This document shows positions 38,618 through 53,059 of a stretch of 64,000 nucleotides of DNA, in pieces. The stretch is from Octopus sinensis. Taxonomy: Eukaryota. The DNA is taken from NCBI RefSeq assembly GCF_006345805.1, contig NC_042999.1, positions 102,176,001 through 102,240,000 of the forward strand, in the 5' to 3' direction. How positions within the stretch are numbered: position 1 is the stretch's first letter; each line of letters begins with the position of its first letter. A program made the position numbers and the translations under genes. The notes beneath the pieces are model-generated. The model worked only from the letters and a program-made list of their open reading frames with translations, did not search any database and was not told the origin of the DNA.

Positions 38618-39119
38618 TATATATATATATGTATATAAAACGGATCTTTTCATTTGGAAGGCCAGATTTTCCTAGTTAACTAAACAATTTGAAACTTCGT
38701 ATACTGGTAGAATGTGTCAAAAGAAAACATTATTGCTCTGTATTATATCTTCCGGCTCTCTACATTCCAAGTTCAAATCCCACCAGTTTGCAGAAAGCAA
38801 CGGGAAACCACTCCAGTATTTATCTCAGGTTTAGTCATTGTAGCCGAGGTTCCAGTCATCTACTTTTCAGTGACAGGGAAAGTTACTTTTAAACTATTTG
38901 GCGAGCATAACTATTATGAATAACTACAGTTAAAAACTGCTAAAATATCTTAAGTCAATAAAAAATAATTGTTCGGTTCCTATATTTTCACAGCATACGA
39001 TGGTGACAGAGAAAAAAAAGGAAGACCCAGAAAGAGAAGAGTGTATGTATGCATGCATCCGTGCACGTGTATGCGTATGTATTCGTGCTTGTGTGGGTGT
39101 GTTAGATTAAACAAAGTTA

Positions 39120-40320
39120 CATACACTCTCAATGAACTCAAGGATTTCAAATCCGTACTCACTAACACCAGTAACACTATTCATATCACCGTGGAATTTA
39201 GCCATATATTAAACTACCCTTCCTAGACATTTTGATGACACGAACATAGAAACTGACATCTACTACAAAGCAACGAACTCTAAATAGTTTTTTGTATGTT
39301 TTGGGAGGCATGAAGTAAGTTTACTTCATTCTACCTCAAACATACCAAAACAAATATTCCCTTTAAATTAGCAAGAAGAATCAGAATAATTGTCTCCGAT
39401 CCGGAAATTCAGAATAAAAGATAACTGGAATTAAAACAGTACCTGTCTACTCTAACAGAGAAAAGAATAGAATCTTTTCTACTCTAGGCGCAAGACCCAA
39501 ACTTTAGTCGATTAAATCGACACCAGTATGCAACTAGTACTTAATTTATCGACCTCAAAACGAAAAAAGGTAAAGTCGGCCTCGGAGGAATTTGAACTCA
39601 GAACGTAAAGACAGACGAAATACCGCTAAGCATTTCGTCCGGCGTGCTAACGTTTCGACCAGCTCGCCGCCTTAGAGGACAGAATAGACTGCCAAAGCAA
39701 TAAACATTGAAGAATTACGAAATGCCGAAAACTCTATCTTCAATTAAAACACATGGCTCAAGAAACACAGAAACATTCAGCCTTATCATTCAGAATATAC
39801 TATTATTGAGCCAAAGCCCAGGAATGTAAAAAGCACTTGAATCATACAAAATAATCAAATGCAAAACAACTAAAATCCCTAAAAAAAATACTTACCAGTA
39901 CAAAACTACCAACTATAGGCTCAACTGACTATTAAAAACTCTGGCCGCTCTAATTGCAGATCTCTACCAACTTTGTTGGAAATACATCATATAAATTTAA
40001 ATCGGGATAAGTTTTTACTGTGAAAAATCACTTTAATTGTTCTTTAAAAAAAAATAATTTATGTGATCAAATGCAATGGATGCAGTGAAGATTACATCAG
40101 ACAAACCAAGCTCACCTTACGAATGATATTAGCAATTCATCGGTAACAAATACGAGATCCTAGGATCCCAGCAAACAGTTGGCCATATGTGCAACAACCA
40201 AATTTCCCAAATACCTAGACTTCCCACGTTATCAATGTGCAGACAATATCAGAGACCAAAGACGATTGAATAAAAAAAAAATTCGTTTATTGAAAATGCA
40301 AACTACGATTGAACAGGCTA
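39120..40320 (+). pseudogene. Decayed Penelope-like element (Neptune-like): RT C-terminus, linker and GIY-YIG; interrupted by a SINE
   Basis: KLPFLDI (about 39211), DIYYKATNS, NIPFKLARRI, then FNCS..IYVIKCNGCSEDYIRQT (40057) and ..RLN. Confidence 0.8.
39477..39673 (-). mobile_element. SINE family A inserted in the Penelope-like element
   Basis: Head AAGGCGGCGAGCTGG; imperfect flanking repeat CAGAGAAAAGAATAG / TAGAGGACAGAATAG (12/15). Confidence 0.85.
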
Positions 40321-40783
40321 TGATAACATCAATAATAGACGATTCGCCATTCACTATGAATGCTATCCATGGATGTATAAGAAATCCCTGCTGATGAATA
40401 TGATTCATATTTCTCTTTTTTAAGCTCATTTAATTCAGTGCATAGGAAATTTCAGTTACCTTCACTTCATTATCACTAAGTTTTCTATATATTTCCATAT
40501 GTGTGTGTGTGTGCTGGGGTGCTCGGAAAGACAATGAAAGAGGACAGCAGGGCTATCACCAATCATTTAATCCTACTCAACGCACATAACGTAAAGAAAC
40601 GCAAACAAAACCAACAAGGAAAGCTGTACGTGATCGCTCAACTTGCTGGAAATAACAGCCAAATCTCCTTAAAAACCTCTCTCCTATTTTAAAAATGGGA
40701 AGTACACGTCAGCGAATGAAGCTCTAGACAAGCAATCTACCCAAACAAAACCATAAAACGGAGATAGATAGATATATAGAGAG

Positions 40784-40857
<74 letters not shown>

Positions 40858-41622
40858 GTGTATTGTTACGGCTAATAAACATTAAACAGAGTCTGCTTTA
40901 GGAGTGTATTAGTTTGAATCTGTTAAATACAATTTAGTTTTTTTACTTTGTATAATTTATTTTATTTTTTAAGTATATATATGCTGTCTCCAGAAAGCCA
41001 GAAAATTCCAGAAAATTCCAGAAATCCAGACCACCTCCAGTCCCAAGCTCGCCGGATATTTGGTCCGGTAGAGAATATTGATGACAGGACAATACAACCA
41101 GAATAAAACCTGGGGCTAAACAATAAAAGCAACAACAGAATCGTGTGACAAGCGGTTAATGCTGTCATGTAAGGGCTTGTGTGTGTGTTTTGGTAAATAA
41201 TTGATTCACAGCTTACGTAATCGACGTTTGTTGTCCAGCTCTGAGGTCGTCATCTGACTGACAGCAGGAATTAAAAATACCGACTGAATGTGTTTGATGT
41301 AGCTATGTTTGAAGTACGGCAGGATTTTGCTTGATACATTCAATGCATGGGAAATGTCTGCTGTTGTTTTCTCAGTCATCTTGCTTGTTAAACATTGGCA
41401 ATTACTCTACACCATACAATAAATAAATGAATGAAAATATAAATAAATGAATGACAAAAGCCCATTTGTCTATCTATCTTTATATGCGCGTGTATGCGCC
41501 TGTATGTGCAGGTTTCTGTGTGTATGAATAGGTGTACATGTGTACATGCATACGTGTGTGCATGTGTGTATGAATAGGTGTACATGTGTACATGCATACG
41601 CGTGTGCATGTGTGCGTATCTC

Positions 41623-41705
<83 letters not shown>

Positions 41706-41715
41706 GTCTATATAT

Positions 41716-41879
41716 GTAGGCGTAGACATGATTGTGTAGTAAGAAGCAAGCTTCTCAGTCTTGTGTTTTCAAGATCAGTCCCATTGGATGCACCTGAGAC
41801 GAGTGCCTTCTACTGTAGCACCGGGCCGACCAAAGTATGGTGGGTAGATTTGGTAGATGGAAACTGAAAGAAGCTCGTC

Positions 41880-41880
<1 letters not shown>
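41716..41880 (+). mobile_element. SINE family B
   Basis: TGTGTAGTAAGAAGC..CCGGGCCGACCAAAG..GGAAACTGAAAGAAGC. Confidence 0.75.
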
Positions 41881-41931
<51 letters not shown>

Positions 41932-41955
41932 TATATATGTGTGTGTGTGTGGTGC

Positions 41956-42014
<59 letters not shown>

Positions 42015-42367
42015 GGAACAAAAACGAAACGCAATAGAGGACATTAAAACGTTCGGACTGATAGCTGATACAAAGGCGGACAAGAGAAACAAAAATTAGG
42101 AGAAGCAAAAAACAACGGGTCATTCTTGGCTTTCTTTCATCAGTCAAGTCCCAGAAGTCACAACCATTTCGGGCAGTTACATTTGAGATGATTCGATCTG
42201 GTGCCCCCCCCCCAGTCTAAGCTAAGTGCATTAGACCCCTTTGTAAGAAAGCTAATGAATGTGTACGGCAACAAACACAAAAAAAAAACAAACAAAAAAG
42301 AACGGAGAACATGATGTGTGCGTGCGTGTATAATATATACATACATATGCATATATATATGTATACA

Positions 42368-42413
<46 letters not shown>

Positions 42414-42689
42414 GTGTGTGTGTGTGTGTGTGTATAATAATGATAATAATAATAATAATTACTTAATAGTGGTTTTCTAATCTATATATATATAATATAT
42501 ATAATATATATATATATTAGATATATATATTCAATTTATAAACAATTGTATATATTGTTTATAATTTGTTTATAAATTTAACCTTTAAAGGTATTTTAAT
42601 ATGCTGGCCATTGATAGAATTTTTTCGAAATATTTTATCCTATATTAGATGTATATATATATATATATAATATATTATATAGTATATGA

Positions 42690-42757
<68 letters not shown>

Positions 42758-43150
42758 CAAACACACACATAGACATACACACACACACATACACATACAC
42801 ATACACACATACATACATACATACATACATAACATACATACATACATACATACATACATACATACATACATACATAAATACATACATACATATGTATGCC
42901 TTTGTTTTTGTGACAGCAACTTTATGCTAGAAATGGTATTTTCATTGTTATACTCCTCCCAAGATTTAATGCATCTAAAGACATTTTTAGGTTATCAAAA
43001 TACGAAGAACAAATCAATAAATATATTAGAAGTTAAATTGCCCCGAAATGATAATTGGATTAACGGATTATCCCTTCAGATCTGATATCTTATTAAACAA
43101 AGTTCTTTTGTAGGTTATTGAATAAGTGTTTATAAAAATATGAACCTTCA

Positions 43151-43255
43151 TACATTATTTACATTATTTACATTTGACGGATATACCCTCCAGCCTTCAT
43201 CAGATGTCTTGGGGAAATTTCGAACCTGGGTTCTCATTCCTAAAGTATTTTTCGA

Positions 43256-43314
<59 letters not shown>

Positions 43315-43435
43315 TCATTGCCTGGAATTGAACTCCGAATCTTGGAGTTATTAGCCCGCGCTCTTAACCACTACGTCAAATGTAAATAATGTAAATAATG
43401 TACATAAATTCCTCATCTCTTAAATATAGAACCTT
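43151..43435. mobile_element. Fold-back composite: 29-bp inverted repeats enclosing a partial hammerhead-like core, (TTA)n and a tRNA-like head
   Basis: TACATTATTTACATTATTTACATTTGACG (43151-43179) is the reverse complement of 43374-43402. Minus strand carries CTGATGAAGGCTG and GTAGTGGTTAAGAGC..GGAGTTCAATTCC. Confidence 0.7.
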
Positions 43436-44174
43436 CATGTTTCAATTTTCCTTTTGGGCATAAAGAAGAAGTTAATTTCTCTTGCTTTTCCTTGCATGTA
43501 AAAATATCAGTCTCCCCCAGTTACGTCCTAACGTCTTGAAAACGAAACGGAAGGACATGGTAGGATAATTATTCCTACATTCACCATGTTTGATAAAAAA
43601 AATTAGAGATGTTTGAGGTTGGAACATATTTCATCATAATTGTGGGGTTAAACAACAAAGTGTTCGTGTAATATTAATACTCATTCATAACTTCATTTAC
43701 ATCTAGGGCGATTTATAGGAATATTAAATCATCCTGAGGAGTTGATTGGGTTTTTATCTGATTGACCCCACAAAGAAGAAAGGCTAAGTCGGCTTTAGTA
43801 GGATTAGAACTTAGAATGTAAAAAGAGTTGTGAACAAACGCTGCAATCATTTTGTTCATTGCGTTGCCGATTCTAACACTAATGATTTTTGACATCATCC
43901 AGGTCCATCAATATCAATAACAATCTTAACAGGTCTTTACGTGGTCGCTCCAACTGCTTGAAACAGCAGCCGTATATCCCTAAAATTATACCCTACCACT
44001 TGAAAGGCTTAAAAGAGTACGTATTGAACAAAATATTCCGGAGTACATTATGCATTAAACAGACAGAACGGTCAGGGCTAGAATACTTTTCATTATGGAT
44101 CCGTTCCAATCAGAGTCGACTTAGAGATTAATCACAATAAATTAAAATTGATTTATCATTGACTGAAAATATTA

Positions 44175-44385
44175 GTTTCAAATTTTGGCAGAAGACCAGC
44201 AAATTCAAGTGAGGTGGCAAGTTGATTACATCGACGACAGTGCTCAACTGGTATTTACTCTATCGATCCAGAAAGGATAAAAAGCAAAGTCGACATCGGT
44301 GGAATTTGAACTCAGAACATGAAGATATACGAAAATGCCGCTTAGCATTTCGCCCGACGTGCTAACAATTGTGCCAGCTTGTCGC
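44175..44385 (-). mobile_element. SINE family A-related copy
   Basis: AAAGTCGACATCGG.GGAATTTGAACTCAGAAC..CTTAGCATTTCGCCCG.CGTGCTAAC. Confidence 0.8.
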
Positions 44386-44704
44386 TTTATTTTGGCACAA
44401 TATCAACAATTTCTAGGGAAAAAGAAAGTCGAGTACATCGACCCCATTGCAAACTTTATGGCGTATATTCCGACTCTTTATATACTGAGTTCAAATCACG
44501 TCGAGATCACCTTGCCATTTCACATTTCCGAAATCGAAGTTAGTCGATTTAAACGATGAACTTGGCCTTAAAATTTCTAGCCATGCTCTTATATTACAAT
44601 GATTTGTTGAAGCAACACCGCACTCCGCAAAGGTAGTTTTTCTCATAGTGTGCAATACGAGTGTGATGTGTGTGTGCATGTGTGTATGTTTGTGTGCGCG
44701 CACG

Positions 44705-44737
<33 letters not shown>

Positions 44738-44827
44738 CACACACACACACTCACTCTCTCTTACACACACATTCGTATACGCACACACTTACAGGGGCAA
44801 ATACGAAGATTAACAGTTGTTTGAAGA

Positions 44828-44898
<71 letters not shown>

Positions 44899-45884
44899 GT
44901 ATGTGTGTGTATACACATACATACATACATATAGATTATTATTATTATTATTTCGCTTAGGTATATATAACACACATATATGCACAAAATGCGGGCATCT
45001 TTTAGGGCTTAACAAGGCTATCTGTTTTAAATTGTGTATAAATATGTAAATATGTATATTCACAAACACACTCACACGCACATATATTACACACTCGTAC
45101 ACAGAAACATACTAGCGGTCACGCGCGTGCGTACACACATACACACACACACACACACACGTACGCACATAAACGTATATGTATATTATGAAAGTATTTA
45201 AAATGATAAATGTGTTTCAAGTTGTCCAATGCGGGCTTGTATAGGAACTGTTAACATCAAAGCGGAATTAATCCACAGTGTTTGACGATAGATTTGTGTC
45301 AGCTTAACGAAGTCTGACTACGCATTGGCTCTCTAATAACTTGCTAACATCACAGATCTAATCTAACGTCGGAGATTCGTCTTGGACCGCATCTTCGTTT
45401 CACCGAGTGCTTACTCCACCGGCTCTTGATGTTAATATCAGCTAGCCTCTAGTCGAAACTGTATGATTGACAGGCAGTAACTTCAAGCAGACAGATATGC
45501 AAACCAAAAAAGACAAGACAAGTGGCGTGACAATTAAACTGAGTAAGCAAATAACCAGAGTGTTGATATACAGACAAGATAAAGGCGAAAGAGATATCTA
45601 ATAGACACGCTCATGGAAGAGATATTTTGGTGAGACCACCCCCCACGAATATGGTATCGTCATGTGAGGACTTCAATTTAATTGAGGAACAGATTCTCGT
45701 AGAAAATGTCTGAAGGAAAAATCTGCCAAATTTATTGTACATTGAAGCAGCGGTTCCAACGTCTTTTGCACCACAGACCGGTATCATGCAAGAGAAATTT
45801 TCCAAAAGGCTAGAGCATCACGCGCATAACAAAATACTATAACGTGCATAATATATAATGATTATTACATATGTAATATGTATC

Positions 45885-46064
45885 TATTATTATTATTATT
45901 ATTATTATTCTTGTTGTTGTTGTTGTTCTTGTTGTTCTTGTTCTTGTTGTTGTTGTTGTTGTTGTTCTTGTTCTTATTGTTATTGTTGTTGTTGTTGTTC
46001 TTGTTGTTGTTGCTGCTGCTGCTGTTGTTGTTGTTGTTGTTGTTGTTGTTATTAATTATTATTA

Positions 46065-46123
<59 letters not shown>
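45885..46123. repeat. (TAT)n/(TGT)n trinucleotide tract
   Basis: Read directly. Confidence 0.95.
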
Positions 46124-46888
46124 TAAGATCGCAGTCATATGACTGAAACAAATGACACACACGCACATACAGAAAAATGCAAAAGCACTGCGCAAACTTC
46201 AATAATAATAACATAGAAATAAAATACAATTATCCGCCGTTCGATGGAGGGGATGGGAGAGGCTTGCATTAAAAGAATTTTCGTATGAAGCCAGGCTCAA
46301 TGTTCTTCATTTGTTTTCGGAAACTCTACCTATAGAGGCGTGGGATAATATATATGGTAATATGATAATTACAGGCAAAGTCAGCTTCAATAAACACGAT
46401 ATCTTAAAATCAGTTATCAATAGAAATCCATTTGCATAAGTTAAGAGACTATGTAATAAGTTGTTTACAAGGCAGCAGAAAGACTTTTCGAATAGGGAAT
46501 CAGTACAAATTGGCATAAATTAGTAACGTCATTTGAGTTAAAGACAACTAATCAATTCCAAAGCAAGCTTATTAGTTTCAGTAATTTGGTTTGTAGCATG
46601 ATAGAGTGAGGAGTATAAATAACATGTGGCATTTTGTTGCATCTCTCTATATTCTGAATCTTACCAAGATTATGTTGCTTTTGTTTTTTGTCTTTCTCGG
46701 ATCGGATCGTTTGGTAAAAGACTGTTCCTTTCACAATATTTTATGGCCTTGTACTAGTGTTAGAAATTAAATATAGTAATGTACTAAAACAAATAGGACT
46801 TAAAACTAACAGACTTATAAACAAGATTAATACTAACAGTCCTATGTTTAAAAACTTGTTTTTGTAGCGTCATGAATTTTTCTTTTTT

Positions 46889-47122
46889 GGCGGTGAGCTG
46901 GCGGAATCGTTAGCACGCCGAGCGAAATGCGTAGCCGTATTTCGTCTGCCGTTACGTTCTGAGTTCAAATTCCACCGAGGTCGACTTTGCCGGTCCTCCT
47001 TTCGGGGTCGATAAATTAAGTACCAGTTACGCACTGGGGTCAATATAATCGACTTAATCCGTTTGTCTGTCCTTGTTTGTCCTCTCTGTGTTTAACCCTT
47101 TGTGGGTAGTAAAGAAATAGGT
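46889..47122 (+). mobile_element. SINE family A, full length
   Basis: Very similar to 14334-14566. Confidence 0.9.
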
Positions 47123-48063
47123 TTAGTTAGGAATCCTTACCGTGAAGTAATTCTTTAAAAAGTAATTGCTTTGGAAACCAGAAATCATCAACAAGACCAG
47201 TGTCATGACCAACCTATTTCATATGGTGCCTGATGAGGTGAGCTTTCATGCTTGAGGCAGCCTATCTTTTATTACACTTCTGTATCAGGTGTGAACGATT
47301 CCTTCCGTCTGTGCCTTTCTTCACTTTTCCTTTATTTTGGTATGCTACACTAATGTAGAGAACAGTAATAAAGAAACAATTTACTTTATGTTTGATTGAA
47401 ACTGTATCTGATAGAGCAGTGTTTATGCTTACATACATATGTACATACACGCATACACACATTTGCATATACATGCATACATACATATACACACCGTACA
47501 AAACTCTCGACCCCTGAGTCACTCTGTTGCTTCTGATAAATATATATAAGGAACGTATTCAAAAGGCAAGGTCCCAAAAAAAGACAGACTAAAGAAAAAA
47601 ATTAAATAAACTAAAATTGTGCCCTCATCAGCAATCTCGCTAAAGATACGCAATTCGATCTCTTTAGATAGATTTGCTACTTTAATGGCATCAACAAATC
47701 ATGGGATACGGTTTATTAGGTAATGTATACAGTGGAGGCGAGAACAAAAACAGGTAAAACATTATATGTAATTGCTGGTCTTGTGCCAAAATTTGAAAAC
47801 TATATTCAGTTACTTTTGTTTATATTTTTGTTTCTCTATTTTTGTCAGCGTAATATCGTACTTATACTACGACGTAATACTGTATTTCCGCACGACTTTT
47901 TACCAAGTTGTTGTTTACCCCAGGCCAGCCCTGATTGAACAGAGTTATGATCAAAAGCGTCCAAGACGTGATCATCCTTTTTTTTTCGGACAGTAGGATC
48001 AGAAGCTTCATTATTCAAAGTGCATTTCCATTTTTACTCTCTGAAAAAGAAAGTGAAATGTAG

Positions 48064-48454
48064 TCTATATATATAAAGCTGAAGTTGTCTGTGTGTGGCA
48101 GGTTTGGTAGCCTTCAACTAACACTATCTCCTCTGAGACCTTAAGGCGCAAGTTGACCAAAATTGAGAGTATGACAGAAGAAGGCTTGCTCTTCATTCCG
48201 TAGAATATAAAATTCAAATCGGACCATGTTAACAGAAAAAATTATTTACATCAAAAAGGTCCTTTTTATGTATGAAAATCCCTATTTTTTACGATTTTTT
48301 TGACTGCTGTGTCGCCACTTTTCGCTGTATTTCAACCAGAAAAATGTTCACTTAAAGAGAATAACAAGCTACATAATGCAACATTTTTACTTTTCAAAAA
48401 TTCCAGTTCTAAAGGGTCGAAACAAACCCGAGCAACGCCGGGCGATACTGCTAG
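48064..48454 (+). mobile_element. Non-autonomous Helitron
   Basis: Starts TCTATATATATAAA; ends with hairpin CCCG-AGCAACGC-CGGG, a short spacer and CTAG followed by T; no TSD. Confidence 0.8.
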
Positions 48455-49189
48455 TTTAAGGTAAATCTTTGGCTTGGCTAGTTTTTCTAGCAGATCGACC
48501 TTCTCTATAGACACTTATTCCTGGTGCCAAGTTTTAACAATAAAATGTGGTTTGTGAAGTAATTAACTTCTCTGTTAATTACCGTATGTTTTTAAATAGA
48601 TTATTATATTCTTTGAATATCTTTAGAACATTGACATCAAAGGTAGTCGGCAATAAAATAACTATTTTTTTCTCTTTCAACGACAAATCTTTTGAAGGAA
48701 ATTTTTTTTATCAACCAACACCGAACGAACCCTTCCATTACAATGCCTTTACTAGAAACGCTGCTCTATTAAAACAAAAAAATCTTTAGTATTGGTTTGA
48801 TTTATGTTTTCTCACTTTTGAAATCGCTCAATATTTACAGACTGCATATTTCCTACGTAAAATTTGTTTTCAAGATAATCTTGACACCGTAGTTATCAGC
48901 GCAAAAGTAAGAATAACATTGGTTATGGACTAATATTTTTTCCTCTCTCACTGCATATTTAGTTTTCGATAGCCTTTTGATGTTCCTTTTATTAACCCTT
49001 TTGTTAACCTATTTCTATTGAAATACACCACTTTTGTTTCAACTGATTTTGAAAATAATGTTGAATTTAGCGAAATAACTGTAATTATTAAGCTGGGGTT
49101 AGGGACATAAATTAACACGAAATTTTGTAGCGTGAGACACACACCAGACTTTCAAAAACACACAAAGACTGTTAAATTCACTTAAACTT

Positions 49190-49330
49190 TAACTAAGCGG
49201 TTCGGCAAAAACCGATAGAATATGTACTAGACTTTAAAAAATAAGCCTTGGGGTCGAATTCTTCGACTAAAACCTTTCAAGGCAGTGCCCCAGCATGGCC
49301 ACAGTCTAATAACAAAAACAAATAAAAGAT
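49190..49330 (+). mobile_element. SINE-like family C fragment
   Basis: AGCGGTTCGGCAAAA..GGGGTCGAATT.TTCGACTAAA..CAGCATGGCC. Confidence 0.75.
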
Positions 49331-49335
49331 GATAT

Positions 49336-49387
<52 letters not shown>

Positions 49388-49499
49388 TATCTGAAATGTA
49401 CAGTATTATGTAGCCACAACGACTATATATATATATATGTGTGTGTGTGGAGGCGCGTGGCCCATGATCCTGGCTAGGTTTTAAAAAAGGGCGCATTTT

Positions 49500-49712
49500 G
49501 TGGAGGCGCGTGGCTTAGTGGTTAGGGTGTCAGCATTATGATCGTAAGGTTGTGGTTTCGATTCCTGGATCGGGCGATGCGTTGTGTTCTTGAGCAAAAC
49601 TCTTCATTTCAGTCCAGTCTACTCAGCTGGTAAAAATTAGTAACGCTGCGATGGACTGGCGTCCCTTCCAGCTGGGGAACCATACGCCATTGAAACCAGG
49701 GAACCGAGCCCA
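49500..49712 (+). mobile_element. tRNA-derived SINE (family D); 5' GTGGAGGCGCGTGGC also present at 49447
   Basis: TGGCTTAGTGGTTAGG (A box) and GGTTTCGATTCC (B box-like). Confidence 0.85.
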
Positions 49713-49984
49713 GTTATATATATATTATATATATAGTATATATATATATACGACAGGCTTTTTTTCAGTTCTGTCTACCAAATCCACTCACAGGCTTTGG
49801 TCGGCCCGTGGCTGTAGTAGAAGTCACTTGTCAAAATTTCCATTGTACTTAATAGTAACTATTTAAGTTTACATCCTTTGTGTGTTCTTGAATGACTAGT
49901 ATGTATCTTCCGTGCTGCAATAGTTTTGATTTAAATCGTCTTAAAAAGAGGAAGTTTGTACCACAGGACAAAGGACGGTTCCAG

Positions 49985-50157
49985 GTAAAGTTACCTTCTT
50001 GAGTCACGCCGACTCATAAGGGCTGGTTTCCATGGCGTATAAATTACTCATTTTTGCCAGCTGAGTGGACTGGAGCAACGCGTTTTGCTAGGAATCGAAA
50101 CCACAATCTTACGATCATGAGTCCAGCACGCTAATCACTAATCCATGCGCCTCCACA
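49985..50157 (-). mobile_element. Family D SINE with RTE-like tail and 11-bp TSD
   Basis: GACGGTTCCAG at 49974-49984 and 50158-50168. The tail TATGAGTCGGCGTGACTC resembles RTE LINE 3' ends. Confidence 0.75.
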
Positions 50158-50968
50158 GACGGTTCCAGTTGGATTGGTATCTAAAGGGTCAAATAAGTAA
50201 ACAGTAAATTACCTATTATTGAGATACCTACTTTACTTCTCACAAAAGTTGATGTTATGTAAAACTCCTCCTATTAGTTTGCGTGTCTCGTTTAGAAATC
50301 CCCCAACTTAAATGGTTGATGAAACCATTCATTTTTACAAAACTCCTGGGCGTTTATATTACTACATATGCATATCCCAGTGTAGTTGTGGGAATGAATG
50401 ATTGGCAGCTGATAGTTAGAGGACAAGAGCTGTAAGTGTTGTATATATTAGCCACTTTCAACAATTTTAGTCATGGTTAAGTGTGTGTATGTGAATGTAT
50501 GTACATGAGTACGTATGTATGTATTACATGGAAAAATGCGAGCCAGAGAAATAATATTCTTAAGATTATAAACCTGGAAAATTACAGGACAAGTTATTAC
50601 ACTTGGAAAAGTTCAGGACAGCTTATTACATCTAGTAAAGTACAGAACAAGAAAATTTTGATTTTAATTTACGAAGTAACATTGAAGCTACGATAAATAT
50701 ATTTTGCTTTTAAAAATAAAAAGAAGTTATTTAAATCTAAACTTGATTGGTGGCGTTACTCTCCTATAACGTTGTTACAAATTTTGATGTAAACTTTTTC
50801 CTATGGATCGAATCTCAATTTTTTTTTATGCCAGGGGCTAGTCCTCTTCAAAAATGTTAACAGTTTTCAATTTGGCTAAGAAATAAATTAGTGACAAGCT
50901 CCGAAAGCTGCTGTGTGTGAGTAAATTGCAGCCTTAAGAATAATATTCGACTCCTACCGTAGTTGATG

Positions 50969-50999
<31 letters not shown>

Positions 51000-51018
51000 T
51001 TATGTATGTATGTGTGGT

Positions 51019-51052
<34 letters not shown>

Positions 51053-52029
51053 GTGTGTGTATGCATGTATGAACATCCACCCTTTAAAGCGGCATTGAAA
51101 AGTCACAACAATGATGAAACAGCTACTTGCATATTATCTGTTAGTTTAGATGAGTAATCTTGAGAATCGTCCACTAGAAGAAAGGCTATATTTTCAAGGT
51201 GTTTAGCTTTCGATATTTAATATTCTTCGACAGCCTGCCAGAAAGACGAAGTAAAATATACATGAAACAGTTCTGGTTATTCATGTCTTGAACAGTTGTA
51301 GACATTCTTCGAAGTTTCTGATTTCGAAACCCTTACTACCGAACGATTAATACATTAGCATTGCCATTTCTAACAATCGTATTTGCTTTACGGTTTTTAC
51401 TATAATTTCGAAAATGTTCGATGCATTTTTATGTTATTGCTGTCCTGGATTGTTTTCTTCCGATCGTCACATTCGATCTACGCAATTTTATTGTATCTTT
51501 TCGTCATTTAATATGAACTTTTATCGAGGAGGATAACAGCTATAAAACACAATGCTATTCTTTTATTTTATTACACATTTTTTAGAAAATCATGACTCCT
51601 ACCTTGAATTAATTGGATTGATGTTTTGATATCCCCACGCATATTCTTTTCGTGTCGCAGCATATTTCGAAATTGAATTTCATCCCTTTCGTTTTGATTG
51701 GCTCTTTTTCTGTGTATCCGTTGATTTTTGCCTCCTCCTTTTCATCCCCATTAATAATACTTTTAAATCTCTATCTAATTTCACCATCTATTGTACGAGT
51801 TCTAATCGCTTCCACCCCCATCTATGAATTGTGCTTATTGTCTATCCATATTTAATACAAGTTTCCAGTTATAACTATTAGTATCTGTTAACTTAGAATC
51901 CATCTGCTCTCCTTTTCCTTCTCTTTTTCTTCCTTCTTATTTTCCCTCTCTTCCTTTTTAGTCACGCCTGTGCCATGGACGTTTGCGAGCAACGGCTGTT
52001 CAGTACAGTACTGCTGTACGATTGCATTA

Positions 52030-52260
52030 TCCAACGTGACGTTTCCGTATTTCAGTCAGTAAATACGGAATATCTAAGGGAGATTTGACTGCTTTTTTGG
52101 TTGCAGATCGAGGCGCACTTTCGTTGTCTTGGTTAAAAGGGAAATTACCAGTGCTAGTCATCAGAACTTTCAAGATATTCTGTGACAATAACCCAGTACA
52201 CTGTTTCATCATTTATAACATTGAACGAGGTCTACCAGATGAAATCCATCACGTTAGATA
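52030..52260 (-). pseudogene. Possible highly decayed Tc1-like transposase fragment
   Basis: GLLSQNILK..FPFNQDNESAPRSATKK resembles LLEENLLP..FxFQQDNAxxHxS; weak. Confidence 0.35.
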
Positions 52261-52661
52261 TTGTAATTGCATGTCTCATTATGAGTATATGTATATGTAA
52301 ATGCATCATTACTCTCTCTCTTTGCACTACCGCTACAACTCTCTGTACATCCTTACTCTTATACATATGTATGTGTATATAGTGCCTATGTACAGTGATA
52401 ATTAGGTGTATGATGCAATGTTATAATGTATATTCGTTACAAATGTCTGTAAACACATACATACGCACACACAGAGGCGCAAAACCATATGTATGATTGT
52501 GTGTGTGTGTATGGTAATATGCGTATAACTGCATGAATGTTATGCATATTATAGTGCGTCATATATATACGCATACGCATGTGTATTATTATAAGTAAAT
52601 ATATATAATTCATATGTATATAATGTGTATGTATATATATGTAAATATTGTATATATGTAT

Positions 52662-52707
<46 letters not shown>

Positions 52708-52744
52708 ACATATATATATATATATCTATATATATATATATTAT

Positions 52745-52844
52745 NNNNNNNNNNNNNNNNNNNNNNNNNNNNNNNNNNNNNNNNNNNNNNNNNNNNNNNN
52801 NNNNNNNNNNNNNNNNNNNNNNNNNNNNNNNNNNNNNNNNNNNN
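52745..52844. other. Assembly gap (100 N)
   Basis: Run of N next to a (TA)n tract. Confidence 1.
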
Positions 52845-53059
52845 AAATAATTTCAAGAAAATTATTTTATTTTATATTAAGACTGCCCCTTGACAGAAGT
52901 TGCTATTTTAGCACGTGATCTTCAACCACATCATATCGACCCATCAGTACAAATGACGCTGAGAGTAGATGGGCCTTCCGACCGACGGAGCCCGCTCTTT
53001 CCAAAAGCTTTGCCATTAGGTTAGGTACGAGAGTCAGGTGATAATACATAGCGGAGGGT

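Noticed and set aside
40388-40420. CTGATGA followed by ATATG/CATAT hairpin after the Penelope relic
   Set aside because: No GAAA follows and there is no stem I or stem III.
47222-47262. CTGATGA-GGTGAGC..GCTT candidate ribozyme
   Set aside because: GAGGC replaces GAAAC and there is no convincing stem I.
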